From Minisyncoccota bacterium (GTDB taxonomy: Bacteria; Patescibacteriota; Minisyncoccia; Phycocordibacterales; CAJBRS01): a DNA stretch of 64,000 nucleotides. The translations under genes were made by a program, and so were the position numbers. The notes beneath the pieces are model-generated. The model did not search any database. It was not told the DNA's origin and was given only the letters and a program-made list of their open reading frames with translations. Where the stretch lies: the NCBI GenBank assembly GCA_017881075.1, contig JADGRH010000006.1, positions 48,154 to 112,153 on the forward strand, in the 5' to 3' direction. Positions 18,743 to 28,638 of this stretch are shown here, piece after piece (the stretch's first letter is position 1; every line of letters begins with the position of its first letter).

Positions 18743-19825
18743 TTAAAGTTTTGGCAAAGCGAGCCCTATGACAGTGGCGTAGTCTAAGGCGTCATGGTAT
18801 TCGATTGGAGGAATGTAATCGTCAAAAGAAAATCCATTGACCCAGACGTCGGCCACTTCCGCTTCCACTCGAACGCTTTCAGTAATATATTCTTTAAAAC
18901 CAACAATGGAAGCATCTTTACCCGTAAGCAGTATTTTTTTAACCTTTCCTCTGTCATTTTGGACTTTCTCGACATGAGTATGCCAATAAACATGAACTCT
19001 TTCAATTTCATCTTTCAAAGCAGAAGCAACACTAATCAGAGCAAAAAAGAGATCCTTGTTTTCTTTATCTTTAACAAAACCTTTTTCCCGTTTCAATTTT
19101 TTAGCTTGATCGGGAGTGATATTGAATTGTTTGACAATAGCGGAAGTGAAGTCGTCAGCTCCTACCGCTAAAGTAGAGGTAAATTGAACAGCATCATCGC
19201 TCACTATGGCCACTTCGGTTTTAGTATCGTTTATATGAACGATGAGATAAGTATCTCTGTCCCCTTTTTTGATCACCGCCTTAGCAATGGCCTGGGATTC
19301 AATTAAAAAAGAAACCGGAATCAACCCGACTTTATGAAATAACTCTATGTATTCATTCACTACCTGCTTCGGTAGCACTGATACGGTGGCCTCTTTAAAC
19401 GCTACCTCCTTCTTATCTGGGTCCTTTTCAATGACATGATAATCAAAAATGGCCTCCTCAAGAGAGATGGGCACGTTTTCTTCTAAATGAAATTCTATGT
19501 GATTGCAGATCTCGTTTTCGCTTTTGTTTGGAATCTCCATCTTAAAAAGGTAGGACTTCTCTTCCGGCAAAGCGGCTTCAATAAACTTTAGACCGTATTC
19601 TGTTTTTAGATCACGAAGAGCTGATTCCACTTCCTTATTTTCTATTAAGGAAATAGTTGGATTATAGGAGGTTAATTTCTTTTCGGCGAAACGGCCCACT
19701 CGGAAACCATTCTTGACTCTCAAGATCTCTATAAAACGGACGGCTCGAGGAGTAATATTAATACCAATGTATGGGAATTCCAGAAAACGAGGCGGGGGAA
19801 AATAATCAAAAAACTTTTTGCTCAT
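18743..19825 (-). CDS. pilM: type IV pilus assembly ATPase-fold protein PilM
   Basis: 360 aa actin-like fold (YIGINITPRAVRFIEI... N-terminus). Followed by PilN/PilO-like genes. Confidence 0.65.
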   Translation of the reverse strand: MSKKFFDYFPPPRFLEFPYIGINITPRAVRFIEILRVKNGFRVGRFAEKKLTSYNPTISLIENKEVESALRDLKTEYGLKFIEAALPEEKSYLFKMEIPNKSENEICNHIEFHLEENVPISLEEAIFDYHVIEKDPDKKEVAFKEATVSVLPKQVVNEYIELFHKVGLIPVSFLIESQAIAKAVIKKGDRDTYLIVHINDTKTEVAIVSDDAVQFTSTLAVGADDFTSAIVKQFNITPDQAKKLKREKGFVKDKENKDLFFALISVASALKDEIERVHVYWHTHVEKVQNDRGKVKKILLTGKDASIVGFKEYITESVRVEAEVADVWVNGFSFDDYIPPIEYHDALDYATVIGLALPKL

Positions 19826-19975
19826 TATGAATATTATACAACATTCAAGCCTTCCCGCTCCATCATCAGTATTATCTCAGCGGGCATTCGCCGACTCATG
19901 CCCATGACGGCCACGGCACGTAGGAAGTGCCCCGCAATGCTTCGATAACACTGATGATTGCGCGGGAAGTCTTGA

Positions 19976-20329
19976 TTAGTTACCCATTGTACCTTCTGGG
20001 ACTTCGGGATTGGATGGAGTAATGAGAGAAAACGGAATACCCTCCTTCCCTCCCATGGCAAAAAGCATCCCATTACTCTCATACCCACGTATAGTGCGAG
20101 GCTCCAGATTTGTGACAAAAAGACACTTCACTCCCACAAGCACCGCTGGATCAGAAAAATATTCAGCGATGCCGGAAACAATTTGACGCGGCTCACCCTC
20201 GGCAAGATCCACCATAAGTTTCAGTAGTTTATCGGTGTCGGGAATTCGGTCGGCCGCGAGAATCCGGCCGACCTTTATCTCCACTTTCTTGAAATCGTCA
20301 TATGAAATTTTTGATTGGTCGGGATTCAT
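19976..20329 (-). CDS. csaA: tRNA-binding domain protein (CsaA/Trbp111/EMAP-II-like)
   Basis: KVGRILAADRIPDTDKLLKLMVDLAEGEPRQIVSGIAEYF...GMLFA matches the OB-fold tRNA-binding domain. Confidence 0.8.
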   Translation of the reverse strand: MNPDQSKISYDDFKKVEIKVGRILAADRIPDTDKLLKLMVDLAEGEPRQIVSGIAEYFSDPAVLVGVKCLFVTNLEPRTIRGYESNGMLFAMGGKEGIPFSLITPSNPEVPEGTMGN

Positions 20330-20730
20330 AATTTTTTATTCCTCCGTTTAGCTAAAAAACTTTTTAATATCAGTGCCGCCGCCGAAGCATCCAACATCGG
20401 CGATCGTCCACCCTGAAGCCGTGATGCCTCAGCCGAGGTCATAAATTCTGGTTCAAAATAGACCGGCAAGCCTGTTTGAGAAGCAAGAAGTTGTTTGAAC
20501 ATCTTGATCTCCCCCATCACTTTATTTTCTTCTCCTTTGAAATTATGGGACTCACCGATGATAATGGCTGCCACTTCTTCTTTTAGACAGAGTTCTTTGA
20601 TCTTGGTCAGTAAATTTTTATCATTATTCAACACATCCTTCGGAAATGCCATCGTCTGATCCTCATTAGAAACAGCCAGCCCCACATTTCTCCCGCCGTA
20701 ATCAATGCCTAATAACTTGGACATAGTCAT
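20326..20730 (-). CDS. ruvX: Holliday junction resolvase-like protein YqgF/RuvX
   Basis: LGIDYGGRNVGLAVSN...IIIGESHNFKGEEN pattern of the RuvX family; 134 aa. Confidence 0.85.
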   Translation of the reverse strand: MTMSKLLGIDYGGRNVGLAVSNEDQTMAFPKDVLNNDKNLLTKIKELCLKEEVAAIIIGESHNFKGEENKVMGEIKMFKQLLASQTGLPVYFEPEFMTSAEASRLQGGRSPMLDASAAALILKSFLAKRRNKKL

Positions 20731-20764
20731 AGTTTAACATGTCGAGCAATGGGATTTATATAAA

Positions 20765-22243
20765 TTATTCCAGATGCACCTTAATATCAGAGCGTTCATT
20801 TTTTAATTTCAAAAAAAGTATCGTAAACGATCCGATAAAAACTATAATTGAAGCAATTAAAAAGACATAGTCATAAGCAACTACTTGAGCCTTTAGTTCT
20901 ATAAGAGACGTAAACTTCTGAATTTCTATCGGAGAGTGGCTGTTTATTTTACTAAAGCTATTGATAGTAATAACGTTACTGGTGATTCTATTACTTAGTA
21001 TTGTGGCAAAAATAGCTATACCGAATGCACCGGCTATGTTTCGCACCAGAGCGAGAACAGAAGAGGCAATACCAATCTCGCTTTGCGGCACAACCGACGC
21101 AATAATATTTGTTCGCTGTGCCATTCCAAAACCAAGTCCAAATGCCATAATCGACAAAGGAATCATAATATCGATAGCGGTTGATTTTGGATCAAGACCA
21201 GTAAAAAGATAGATACCGAGCGCGGCTACAATGGTACTGGCAAATATAACGTAACGAGATTGTACTTTCCCGGTGAGCATTCCGCCCAGCGGTGCTCCCA
21301 TCATCATCGCCACTGCCATCGGGATAAAAAGATATCCTGCTTCTGTCGCATTGAATCCTAGAAATGTTTGAGCAAAAACTGGTATGAGAAATACGCCTCC
21401 CATCATACCCATAAAAACAACAAAGTTGTTAACCAGTGCATTAACAAATGCCGGAATTTTGAAAAACTTAAGATCAACAATTGGTTCAGGAGCCTTATGT
21501 TCAATTTTAATAAATAACCCCAGAAGAAATACGACTAAGAAATAACATATGCTACTACTTACCGATAGCCACCCCCAATCAGAACCTTTATCTAATACTA
21601 AAACAAGTGAGGAAAGCATACCCCCTAAAACAAATGCGCCCCACCAATCAAAGAATTTTGTTTTTATATTTGAGCGTGATTCATTTATGAAGCGCATGGC
21701 CATAACAATACCCAGAATTCCAATCGGTAAATTAATTAAAAAAACTGATCGCCAACCAAAATTATCAATGAGCGGTCCACCGAGCAACGGACCAAATACT
21801 ACGGCGGCCGCAAAAGAAGAGGACCAGATACCGAGAGCTTGCGCCCGTTCCTTTCCCTCTTTGAATGTTACGGCGATGATGGCCATGGCCGTTGGATAGT
21901 CTGCCGATCCGGCGATTGCTTGGATTATACGAAAAACAATCATTGATAAAAGATTCCAGGATAAACCGGCTAAAACCGAACCGATTATAAAAATACTAAA
22001 GCCCCAAATATAAACCTTCTTTCGTCCGAGTGTATCGCCTAGTTTGCCCCAGATAGGGACAAAAACCGCGTTGGCAATTATGTATGCCGTAGCAATCCAC
22101 CCAGCGGAAGAAACGGTGATACCAAAGTCGTTAATAATCTTTGGCAGAGCTAGGTTGACGATAGTCTGATCAAGGCGACCTAAAAATGTGCCTACAATAA
22201 CAGTAAGTAATATCCACCAACGTAAGTTAGATCCCCCCTTCAT
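20765..22243 (-). CDS. MFS transporter, DHA2 (EmrB/QacA-like, 14 TMS) efflux pump
   Basis: 492 aa, 14 predicted TM segments, MFS motif GKLGDTLGRKK. In an operon with HlyD-family and MarR genes. Confidence 0.85.
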   Translation of the reverse strand: MKGGSNLRWWILLTVIVGTFLGRLDQTIVNLALPKIINDFGITVSSAGWIATAYIIANAVFVPIWGKLGDTLGRKKVYIWGFSIFIIGSVLAGLSWNLLSMIVFRIIQAIAGSADYPTAMAIIAVTFKEGKERAQALGIWSSSFAAAVVFGPLLGGPLIDNFGWRSVFLINLPIGILGIVMAMRFINESRSNIKTKFFDWWGAFVLGGMLSSLVLVLDKGSDWGWLSVSSSICYFLVVFLLGLFIKIEHKAPEPIVDLKFFKIPAFVNALVNNFVVFMGMMGGVFLIPVFAQTFLGFNATEAGYLFIPMAVAMMMGAPLGGMLTGKVQSRYVIFASTIVAALGIYLFTGLDPKSTAIDIMIPLSIMAFGLGFGMAQRTNIIASVVPQSEIGIASSVLALVRNIAGAFGIAIFATILSNRITSNVITINSFSKINSHSPIEIQKFTSLIELKAQVVAYDYVFLIASIIVFIGSFTILFLKLKNERSDIKVHLE

Positions 22244-22883
22244 AAACTGTTATTTTTGCAGACATTCCACTCTTCAGCTCGGGATAATTAGCGACATTAA
22301 AACGCACTTTTATATCAAATTTTTTAACCGGGCGTTTATCCGAAATAGAAAAGACTACGCCGTTGTCACTTGACACTGGGCTTATCTCGTCCAATACCCC
22401 TTCATAATTTTTACCCGGAAAGGCATCTACGGTAAAAACCGCACGCTGTCCTGTTTTAAGACTGCTTAATCCTTTAGTTTCTTCGATTTGACCTACCACT
22501 TTCATTTCCTGGTCATTGACGATAGAAACAATAGTATCTCCGGGAGAAAAATAAGATCCTAATATAGGAGAGGCGCTGGAAACAATACCGGCTTCTTGTG
22601 TATAAATAACCTGAGAACCTACTAAGGTTACTTGAGTATTTGCTTGTACTCGATCCCCTTCTTTCACATATAAAGCATTCAATGTCCCGGGTAATGTTGG
22701 AGAAAGATTTATAATTGGTGCATCCAAATATGAATTTTCGATAAATACAGTGCCACGCTTAGTTTGCCAAAACAAAAATGTTGCTAATGCACCAAAAATA
22801 AACACAAAAGCAATAATGCTCTGCATCCAAGGTCTTCTTAATAAGTGTACTTTTTTTAATGTTTGCTCTATGTTTTTTTCCAT
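22227..22883 (-). CDS. HlyD-family membrane fusion protein (short)
   Basis: N-terminal TM, a biotin-lipoyl-like hairpin (VKEGDRVQANTQVTLVG), and a beta-barrel C-terminus. Confidence 0.65.
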   Translation of the reverse strand: MEKNIEQTLKKVHLLRRPWMQSIIAFVFIFGALATFLFWQTKRGTVFIENSYLDAPIINLSPTLPGTLNALYVKEGDRVQANTQVTLVGSQVIYTQEAGIVSSASPILGSYFSPGDTIVSIVNDQEMKVVGQIEETKGLSSLKTGQRAVFTVDAFPGKNYEGVLDEISPVSSDNGVVFSISDKRPVKKFDIKVRFNVANYPELKSGMSAKITVYEGGI

Positions 22884-22892
22884 ACAGTTTTT

Positions 22893-23969
22893 TTAAATTG
22901 AATCGTTACTTAAAAACCCAATGGCGGGGGCATTCGGTACGGCTATTTGACCGGCAGTAATGGAAACTGATGTCACCGCTCCATCAGACGGAGCGGTGAT
23001 TATCGTATTTTTATAAGCAGCATCGGCAATTTCTACAGCACCGAGGGCACTATTTACCTGTGCCTCTGCAGCTATCACATCTTCTGGACGGGCAGTTGTC
23101 ACTACAGCAGTAAGAGCCGCATTAGCCTGATCAAGGCTTGCTTGTGCCCCAGCAATTATTTGGTTCTTTGTTTGAATAGCCAATTGGTAATTGTTGGAAT
23201 TTACCAAATAATTTGAAGCTTTTTTATTTGGAATTTCGATATTCCAATCCTTTGTATCAAAATTGTCAGATGAACATTTAATATATAATCCTGAGTTACC
23301 TATTGATTGTGATGTGATTGTATTACAAGAACCACTGCCGGTAGTTAAGCCAGAGGCATTAAAGTTTACACCTCCGGCACTATTATAAAAACTAATTTTT
23401 ATAGTTCCTTCTTCTCCTAAATTATAATTACCGCTAATTATTGGCGCGACATAATCCTTGGTAATATCATTCGGTACTGCTTCTGGACTTGAATTAAGAA
23501 GGTTGCGATAAGCATTATCAACTAAAATATTTTGCTGTTTGGTAACTTGATCAAGATTTGTTTTAGCTGTATTTAGAGCAACCTTGGCAACATCTATTGT
23601 TGTGCCGGTTGCGCCATTAATAACTTTCTGATAATTAGCTTGTGCTGTTTGGTATGATGCCCTAGCTTGAGTGAGTGCACCAACAGTATTTCCGGCATCA
23701 AGTTCTGCTAGTACCTGATCTTTTTTAACAACATCACCGGCCTTAACGGCAACAGATTTAATTCTTCCGGAAGCTAGAAAACCAAGAGTGAGATTACGAG
23801 AAGATGAAGTTGTGGCGTTTATATTTGTGTTTTCCTCTACCGTCGAGATAGCCACATTTTTATTTATTTTAATGTAGCCAAAAATGCCTATTGCTAATGC
23901 AATAATTAGAGAAATTATAATTACTCTTTTTGGATGATGCGGTAATGATTTTATGTGTTTGTGAATCAT
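22893..23969 (-). CDS. HlyD/EmrA-family membrane fusion protein
   Basis: TM anchor, GRIKSVAVKAGDVVKKDQVLAELD lipoyl-like motif, long coiled-coil. Confidence 0.7.
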   Translation of the reverse strand: MIHKHIKSLPHHPKRVIIISLIIALAIGIFGYIKINKNVAISTVEENTNINATTSSSRNLTLGFLASGRIKSVAVKAGDVVKKDQVLAELDAGNTVGALTQARASYQTAQANYQKVINGATGTTIDVAKVALNTAKTNLDQVTKQQNILVDNAYRNLLNSSPEAVPNDITKDYVAPIISGNYNLGEEGTIKISFYNSAGGVNFNASGLTTGSGSCNTITSQSIGNSGLYIKCSSDNFDTKDWNIEIPNKKASNYLVNSNNYQLAIQTKNQIIAGAQASLDQANAALTAVVTTARPEDVIAAEAQVNSALGAVEIADAAYKNTIITAPSDGAVTSVSITAGQIAVPNAPAIGFLSNDSI

Positions 23970-23971
23970 AA

Positions 23972-24397
23972 TTATTCAGTTATTAAAATTCGAATAATGC
24001 GTTCAAGATTATTCTTATCTTTTTCATTTAATTTCGTAATCATTTTTTTAAAAATGGCATCTTTCCGTTTAGAAAGAGAGGTAAAAAGTTTTCTGGAAAT
24101 TTCTGTCGGAACAATAAAAATAACACGCCTATCAGCTTTATTACCCTGCCTTTTAACTAAACCCTTTTTTTCTAATTCGGCTACTATGACTGTTGCTGAA
24201 GGAGGAGTAATTTTCAAATAATCCGCAATACTTTTCATGGTTTCTTTTCCATTGGGTCCGACAAAACTTAAAACCTCGACTTGGGAAAAAGTCAACTCAT
24301 GTTTTAAGCCTTCTTTTCTAATACTTTCACGGATGTTTCTTCGAAAAAGAAATAACAGATCCCCTAAATTGGATTCGGTATGTTTATTGTTTTTCAT
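23972..24397 (-). CDS. MarR-family transcriptional regulator
   Basis: Winged-helix motif LTFSQVEVLSFV...TMKSIADYLKITPPSATVIVAELEKKGLVKRQ...DRRV. Confidence 0.85.
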   Translation of the reverse strand: MKNNKHTESNLGDLLFLFRRNIRESIRKEGLKHELTFSQVEVLSFVGPNGKETMKSIADYLKITPPSATVIVAELEKKGLVKRQGNKADRRVIFIVPTEISRKLFTSLSKRKDAIFKKMITKLNEKDKNNLERIIRILITE

Positions 24398-24405
24398 ATA
24401 TTTAT

Positions 24406-24426
24406 CTATCTAATAGTTAGATAGAC
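24406..24426. promoter_or_regulatory. perfect palindrome TCTATCTAA-TAG-TTAGATAGA immediately upstream of marR
   Basis: 9-bp arms, located 9 bp upstream of the marR start. Candidate MarR autoregulatory operator. Confidence 0.4.
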
Positions 24427-24660
24427 TAAGTATATACTACAGCATAAACATTGTCAATATTATGTAATACAGGGCCTTGATTTTTCGAAATGTGATTCTT
24501 GGCGGGCCATCTCGAGTTAGAACTTTTCTCGGTTAGGCCTGGCAAGGGTTTTTAACATATTTTTATTTTATCGCAACGACGGCGCTCGAGCAGACTAATT
24601 TTTCAAATAAAAATGAGCCTGTCACCAGGTCTCATAGCTAACAAACCGGTATTTCAGAGA

Positions 24661-25206
24661 TCAACGAATACGATTGTACTCTTCAAGCACGACATCCTTG
24701 ACCTTTTCAGGGGTTGCTTTGTCGCCCAATTCTTTCAACCTCTCTTCAACGTTAAGCTGAAAATCCGCCCCAGTCGTGGGAATGTAATCCTTAAGGCTCC
24801 CGGTCCATTTTGAGGAAAGATTTTCTTTGCGGATTTTATCTAGTGACTTATCGAAGTATATGTGTGCCATTTCGTCGTCGTTATTTAAGAGACCTTCTCC
24901 ATCTTGCCAGCCAAGAACATCGCGAATGTTATTTTGAAGTTTATCTCTCCAAAAATATTCTTTCCGGCCCTCATTCTCTTCTTGTCTCTTGCGCTCTTGT
25001 TCCTCCCCTTTCTCTCTCATCAACTTTCTAAATTCCTCCGGTGGTAACTCAGCCAGATTTTTATAGCCTGGAAACCTTTTTTGAAGCTCAGGAGATAATG
25101 GTCGAAGTGTTACCCATTCTTCCTCCTCCTTTTCTTTTGCGGTCATCTCATCCTTATTCACATCATTCTCCTCTTCGGATGATACATTGGGTGTTTCGAA
25201 TGGCAT
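24661..25206 (-). CDS. hypothetical highly charged (Glu/Lys-rich) protein
   Basis: 181 aa ORF with no recognisable domain. AT-rich, native-like composition. Confidence 0.45.
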   Translation of the reverse strand: MPFETPNVSSEEENDVNKDEMTAKEKEEEEWVTLRPLSPELQKRFPGYKNLAELPPEEFRKLMREKGEEQERKRQEENEGRKEYFWRDKLQNNIRDVLGWQDGEGLLNNDDEMAHIYFDKSLDKIRKENLSSKWTGSLKDYIPTTGADFQLNVEERLKELGDKATPEKVKDVVLEEYNRIR

Positions 25207-25335
25207 ATTGTCTTTATTAGATAATAATAGTCTTAGTTTATCATAGGCTAAAGATATTCTATAAGAGACATTACTCCTCCTTATGGATGATGTTAGGACC
25301 TACCGGGTGAAGAAAAATCAAGATTTGTACTCAGC

Positions 25336-25671
25336 TTATTTAAGAAACACCGCCGATAGTAAACCAAGAATACCAAGAATTAAGCCAGTCAGAGCTCCTT
25401 TTGATGGTAGCTGGTGAAATATAATATAGTTAATTAATGGCTCCATGATCACGATTGAGGCAATCGATACTACACCCACTATCCAAATACTACCGAGATA
25501 TTTAACACCCAGCATATATCCAGCAATTAAAAATATTCCAGCGATAGCTATAAGTACCGACATTTTTATTAGAACCGGAGCGAAATTTTCTAAATTTTTA
25601 GCTGCAATTACTTCAGAATAGATAGACAGGCTTTCTCCAAAGAATATAAGGAGTATGGGAAATATCTGCAT
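25336..25671 (-). CDS. small 3-TM membrane protein
   Basis: 111 aa hydrophobic ORF. Confidence 0.45.
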   Translation of the reverse strand: MQIFPILLIFFGESLSIYSEVIAAKNLENFAPVLIKMSVLIAIAGIFLIAGYMLGVKYLGSIWIVGVVSIASIVIMEPLINYIIFHQLPSKGALTGLILGILGLLSAVFLK

Positions 25672-25838
25672 ATAAAAATTATATCACTGGAGTGTGGAAT
25701 TTGGTCATAAGATTATCAGTTAAGGCGAGTCTCGTGCGCGATGACTCATCACGACTTGGCGGAGCCCTACGTCGAGGACTCCTCAGGACTCTCGTAAAAC
25801 ATAGTCGCCCAATGCTTCACATTGTGCTCCTTGTTTTG

Positions 25839-25925
25839 CGGAGGAGGTGAGATTCGAACTCACGACCCCGTTTCCAGGGTTCCAGTTTTCAAGACTGGTG
25901 CGATCGACCACTCTGCCACTCCTCC
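25839..25925 (-). tRNA. tRNA-Ser (anticodon TGA), long variable arm
   Basis: Reverse complement: acceptor GGAGGAG/CTCCTCC, anticodon stem CCAGT/ACTGG with loop CTTGAAA (TGA), variable arm AACCCTGGAAACGGGGTC, T-arm GTGAG-TTCGAAT-CTCAC. Confidence 0.85.
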
Positions 25926-25929
25926 GTGG

Positions 25930-26166
25930 TTATATATTATTCTCTGGAATACGATTTGTTTCTACTGTATCCTTTGAGAAAAAGTAGATGTAAAGAATAT
26001 CCAAGATGCCTAGAGTATTAACCAGAAGTAGAACAACAAACCAAATCTTTTCTCCTCTTCGGGCTGATCTCCACAAAGCCATTCCTTTCCACGCAAGAGT
26101 CCAGATGACCAGCAAGATAAGTATCAATATGAATCCGGGTCTATTATTAAACATAAAGTATGGCAT
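25930..26166 (-). CDS. small 2-TM membrane protein
   Basis: 78 aa hydrophobic ORF. Confidence 0.4.
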   Translation of the reverse strand: MPYFMFNNRPGFILILILLVIWTLAWKGMALWRSARRGEKIWFVVLLLVNTLGILDILYIYFFSKDTVETNRIPENNI

Positions 26167-26226
26167 GCGGAAATACTATAATAAACGGCCTCTTTTTACA
26201 AGAAAGCTTCTATTCGGCGTGGTTCA

Positions 26227-26718
26227 GTGATAAAATTAAAAGAAATGGATAAACCTATTCCTATAACTTGGCAAGCTCTTGAATATCACCATGAACCGAA
26301 AGGAACGGATTGGTTTTGGGCCGTTGGTATTGTGGCTGTCTGTATCGCCATCACTTCCATAATTTATGGCAATATTCTCTTTGCTATTTTAATAATGATC
26401 GCCACGGCCGCTCTTTTTATGTATGCGGTGAGACTGCCGGAGCTTATTGAATTTGAATTGAATAACAAAGGGGTGGTAATCGAGGAGAAAATGTATCCTT
26501 ATGCAACCCTGCAGTCCTTTTGGGTAGAGGATTTTGATAATCGCCATCCCCACATGAAACTCTTGATCAAATCGCAGAAGCTCACCATGCCGCTGATTGT
26601 CATACCTATATCGGGCGTGCATCCAGAAGATATCAGAGAATTCCTTCTGAATTATCTTGTAGAAGAAGAGCAATTTGAGCCCCTCTCGCAGAAGGTGATG
26701 GAATATTTGGGGTTTTAA
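26227..26718 (+). CDS. hypothetical membrane protein
   Basis: 163 aa, two TM helices near the N-terminus, soluble C-terminal domain. Confidence 0.45.
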   Translation: MIKLKEMDKPIPITWQALEYHHEPKGTDWFWAVGIVAVCIAITSIIYGNILFAILIMIATAALFMYAVRLPELIEFELNNKGVVIEEKMYPYATLQSFWVEDFDNRHPHMKLLIKSQKLTMPLIVIPISGVHPEDIREFLLNYLVEEEQFEPLSQKVMEYLGF

Positions 26719-26742
26719 TAAATTTGCGCTACATTTCTATAA

Positions 26743-26814
26743 CCCCTCGTCGTTCAATGGATAGGATGCAGACTTGCGGAGTCTGTGATATAGGTTCGAT
26801 TCCTATCGAGGGGA
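26743..26814 (+). tRNA. tRNA-Arg (anticodon GCG)
   Basis: Acceptor CCCCTCG/CGAGGGG, anticodon stem CAGAC/GTCTG with loop TTGCGGA (GCG), T-arm ATAGG-TTCGATT-CCTAT. C1-G72 pair and G37 are atypical for tRNA-Arg. Confidence 0.7.
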
Positions 26815-26820
26815 CAAATT

Positions 26821-27084
26821 TTAAGAAGCCTTCTTGATCAGTTTTGAGAGGCGGGACTTTTTGCGAGCGGCGTTATTCTTCTTGATGATTCCCCTCTTAG
26901 CGGCCTTGTCGATGGCTTTGTAGGCCCGGCTAAGAGCGACCTTGGCCTCTTTCACATTTTTCAGGCCAACCATTTTTTTGATCTCTTTAGTGACGTTATC
27001 CATCTTGCTCTTGCGACGGAGGTTGAATACTCGCTTTCGCTTTGAGGCTCGCAGGGCTTTTTTAGCATTTTTTGTGATCGGCAT
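26821..27084 (-). CDS. rpsT: 30S ribosomal protein S20
   Basis: KNAKKALRASKRKRVFNLRRKSKM... aligns to S20; 87 aa. Confidence 0.9.
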   Translation of the reverse strand: MPITKNAKKALRASKRKRVFNLRRKSKMDNVTKEIKKMVGLKNVKEAKVALSRAYKAIDKAAKRGIIKKNNAARKKSRLSKLIKKAS

Positions 27085-27140
27085 AGTTTTCCTACTTTAG
27101 CAAAACTGGTATAAAGAAGCAAATATTCTATACTATAGCT

Positions 27141-27710
27141 ATGATTGGCAGACTTGAAGGTAAAATCTCCTACAAAGACGAGCGATTCATTATATTGAAT
27201 GTCGCAGGCGTCGGCTACAAAGTTTTTATAACATTAGACATTCTCCAAAAAACAAAAGAGGGTGATGCCGCTTCGTTTTGGACATACCTCGCTGTCCGCG
27301 AAAATGCTCTGGATCTTTATGGTTTTGTCGACAGAGAATCTCTAGATTTTTTTGAAATGCTCTTGGATGTGCCTGGGATCGGCCCGAAGTCTGCCATGAC
27401 TGTCCTTAGCACTGCCGGAATTGAGACTTTGAAATCCGCCATCTCTTCAAGTGATCATAATTATCTCACCAAGCTCTCTGGCATCGGCCGCCGCACTGCA
27501 GAAAAAATTGTTCTCGAATTGAAAGATAAAATGGGAATAACAACGGAAAGTGGCAACACCACAATGAAAGATGAATCAGATGCAATCGACGCTCTAAAAT
27601 CCCTTGGCTATCGCGAGCGTGAGGCCCGAGATGCTCTCAAAAAAGTGCCAAAAGAAACAGTGGGCACCAATCAGAAAATAAAAGAGGCTTTAAAGATCCT
27701 CGGCCGATAA
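27141..27710 (+). CDS. ruvA: Holliday junction branch-migration complex subunit RuvA
   Basis: MIGRLEGKI...GVGYKV N-terminal OB domain and helix-hairpin-helix motifs (LLDVPGIGPKSA, LSGIGRRTAEKIV). Confidence 0.9.
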   Translation: MIGRLEGKISYKDERFIILNVAGVGYKVFITLDILQKTKEGDAASFWTYLAVRENALDLYGFVDRESLDFFEMLLDVPGIGPKSAMTVLSTAGIETLKSAISSSDHNYLTKLSGIGRRTAEKIVLELKDKMGITTESGNTTMKDESDAIDALKSLGYREREARDALKKVPKETVGTNQKIKEALKILGR

Positions 27711-27714
27711 AGAT

Positions 27715-28638
27715 ATGCCGGAACTTCCTGAAGTACAAACCACAGTCAATGGTTTGAAAGAGTCTGTAGTTGGTCTAAAAATCTTGGATGTCTGGACGGA
27801 TTATCGGAGTGTTTCGCATGTTGGAAAAGATAATATTAAAGACAAAATTTTCTTCGCCTCATTCAGGAAGAAAATTTTGGGCAAAAAGATCACCGGCGCT
27901 TCGCGCCGAGCCAAAAATGTTCTAATCCATCTCTCCGGCGATCTCACTATTTTAATTCATATGAAAATGACCGGCCACATCATGCACGGCCGATATAAAT
28001 TTGACCCCAAGGCGAAGAAAGATAGTTGGATCGCACTTGATGAAGGTCCCCTGAAAGACCCTTTCAATAAATTCATTCGACTTGCATTCACTCTCTCCGA
28101 TAAAAAACAATTGGTCCTTTCCGATATGCGGCGCTTCGCCAAAGTAACATTGATTGAGGGCAAAAATTTAGAGGAATCACCACATCTAAAAGGACTAGGC
28201 CCCGAACCGCTCACCAAAGATTTCACCTACCCCATTTTCAAAAAGCAGATCATGATGCGCCCTAACGGCCGCATCAAAAACGTCCTGATGGACCAAACTC
28301 TCATAGCCGGTATCGGCAATATCTATTCTGACGAAGCGCTCTTCCGCAGCAACATTCACCCCGAAAGCCGAGTAGCAAAAATCCCAGAAAAAAATCTGAA
28401 GCTCCTTTTTCCTGCTACTAAAGAGGTCTTGAAAAAAGGTCTTGAGTTTGGTGGCGACTCCACCTCCGATTATCGTAACCTCAAAGGCGAGCGCGGCCGT
28501 TTCCAAGCCGAGCACCAAGTCTATCGCCGCAAGGGCAAACCCTGCCCGAAGAAAGGCTGTAAAGGAATTATTGTCCGCAAAGTAGTCGGTGGCCGTAGTG
28601 CTCATTTTTGTCCGGTGCATCAAAAACTATTTCACTAG
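27715..28638 (+). CDS. mutM: formamidopyrimidine-DNA glycosylase (Fpg/MutM)
   Basis: MPELPEVQT catalytic N-terminus, H2TH domain, C-terminal zinc finger CPKKGCKG...FCPVHQ. Confidence 0.9.
   Translation: MPELPEVQTTVNGLKESVVGLKILDVWTDYRSVSHVGKDNIKDKIFFASFRKKILGKKITGASRRAKNVLIHLSGDLTILIHMKMTGHIMHGRYKFDPKAKKDSWIALDEGPLKDPFNKFIRLAFTLSDKKQLVLSDMRRFAKVTLIEGKNLEESPHLKGLGPEPLTKDFTYPIFKKQIMMRPNGRIKNVLMDQTLIAGIGNIYSDEALFRSNIHPESRVAKIPEKNLKLLFPATKEVLKKGLEFGGDSTSDYRNLKGERGRFQAEHQVYRRKGKPCPKKGCKGIIVRKVVGGRSAHFCPVHQKLFH

Noticed and set aside
19850-19969. Assignment of the nested-helix element as SRP (4.5S) RNA
   Set aside because: Apical loop GUAGGAA and internal loops do not match the GNRA plus AGCA domain IV signature of bacterial SRP RNA.
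19834-20118. 94-aa minus-strand ORF
   Set aside because: Overlaps the well-supported csaA gene and the structured intergenic element. Cys/Arg-rich nonsense translation.
25672-25838. GC-rich tandem AGGACTC-containing trailer downstream of tRNA-Ser
   Set aside because: Some self-complementarity (GGCGA...TCGCC) but no similarity to the conserved tRNA-associated module. Insufficient to call a feature.
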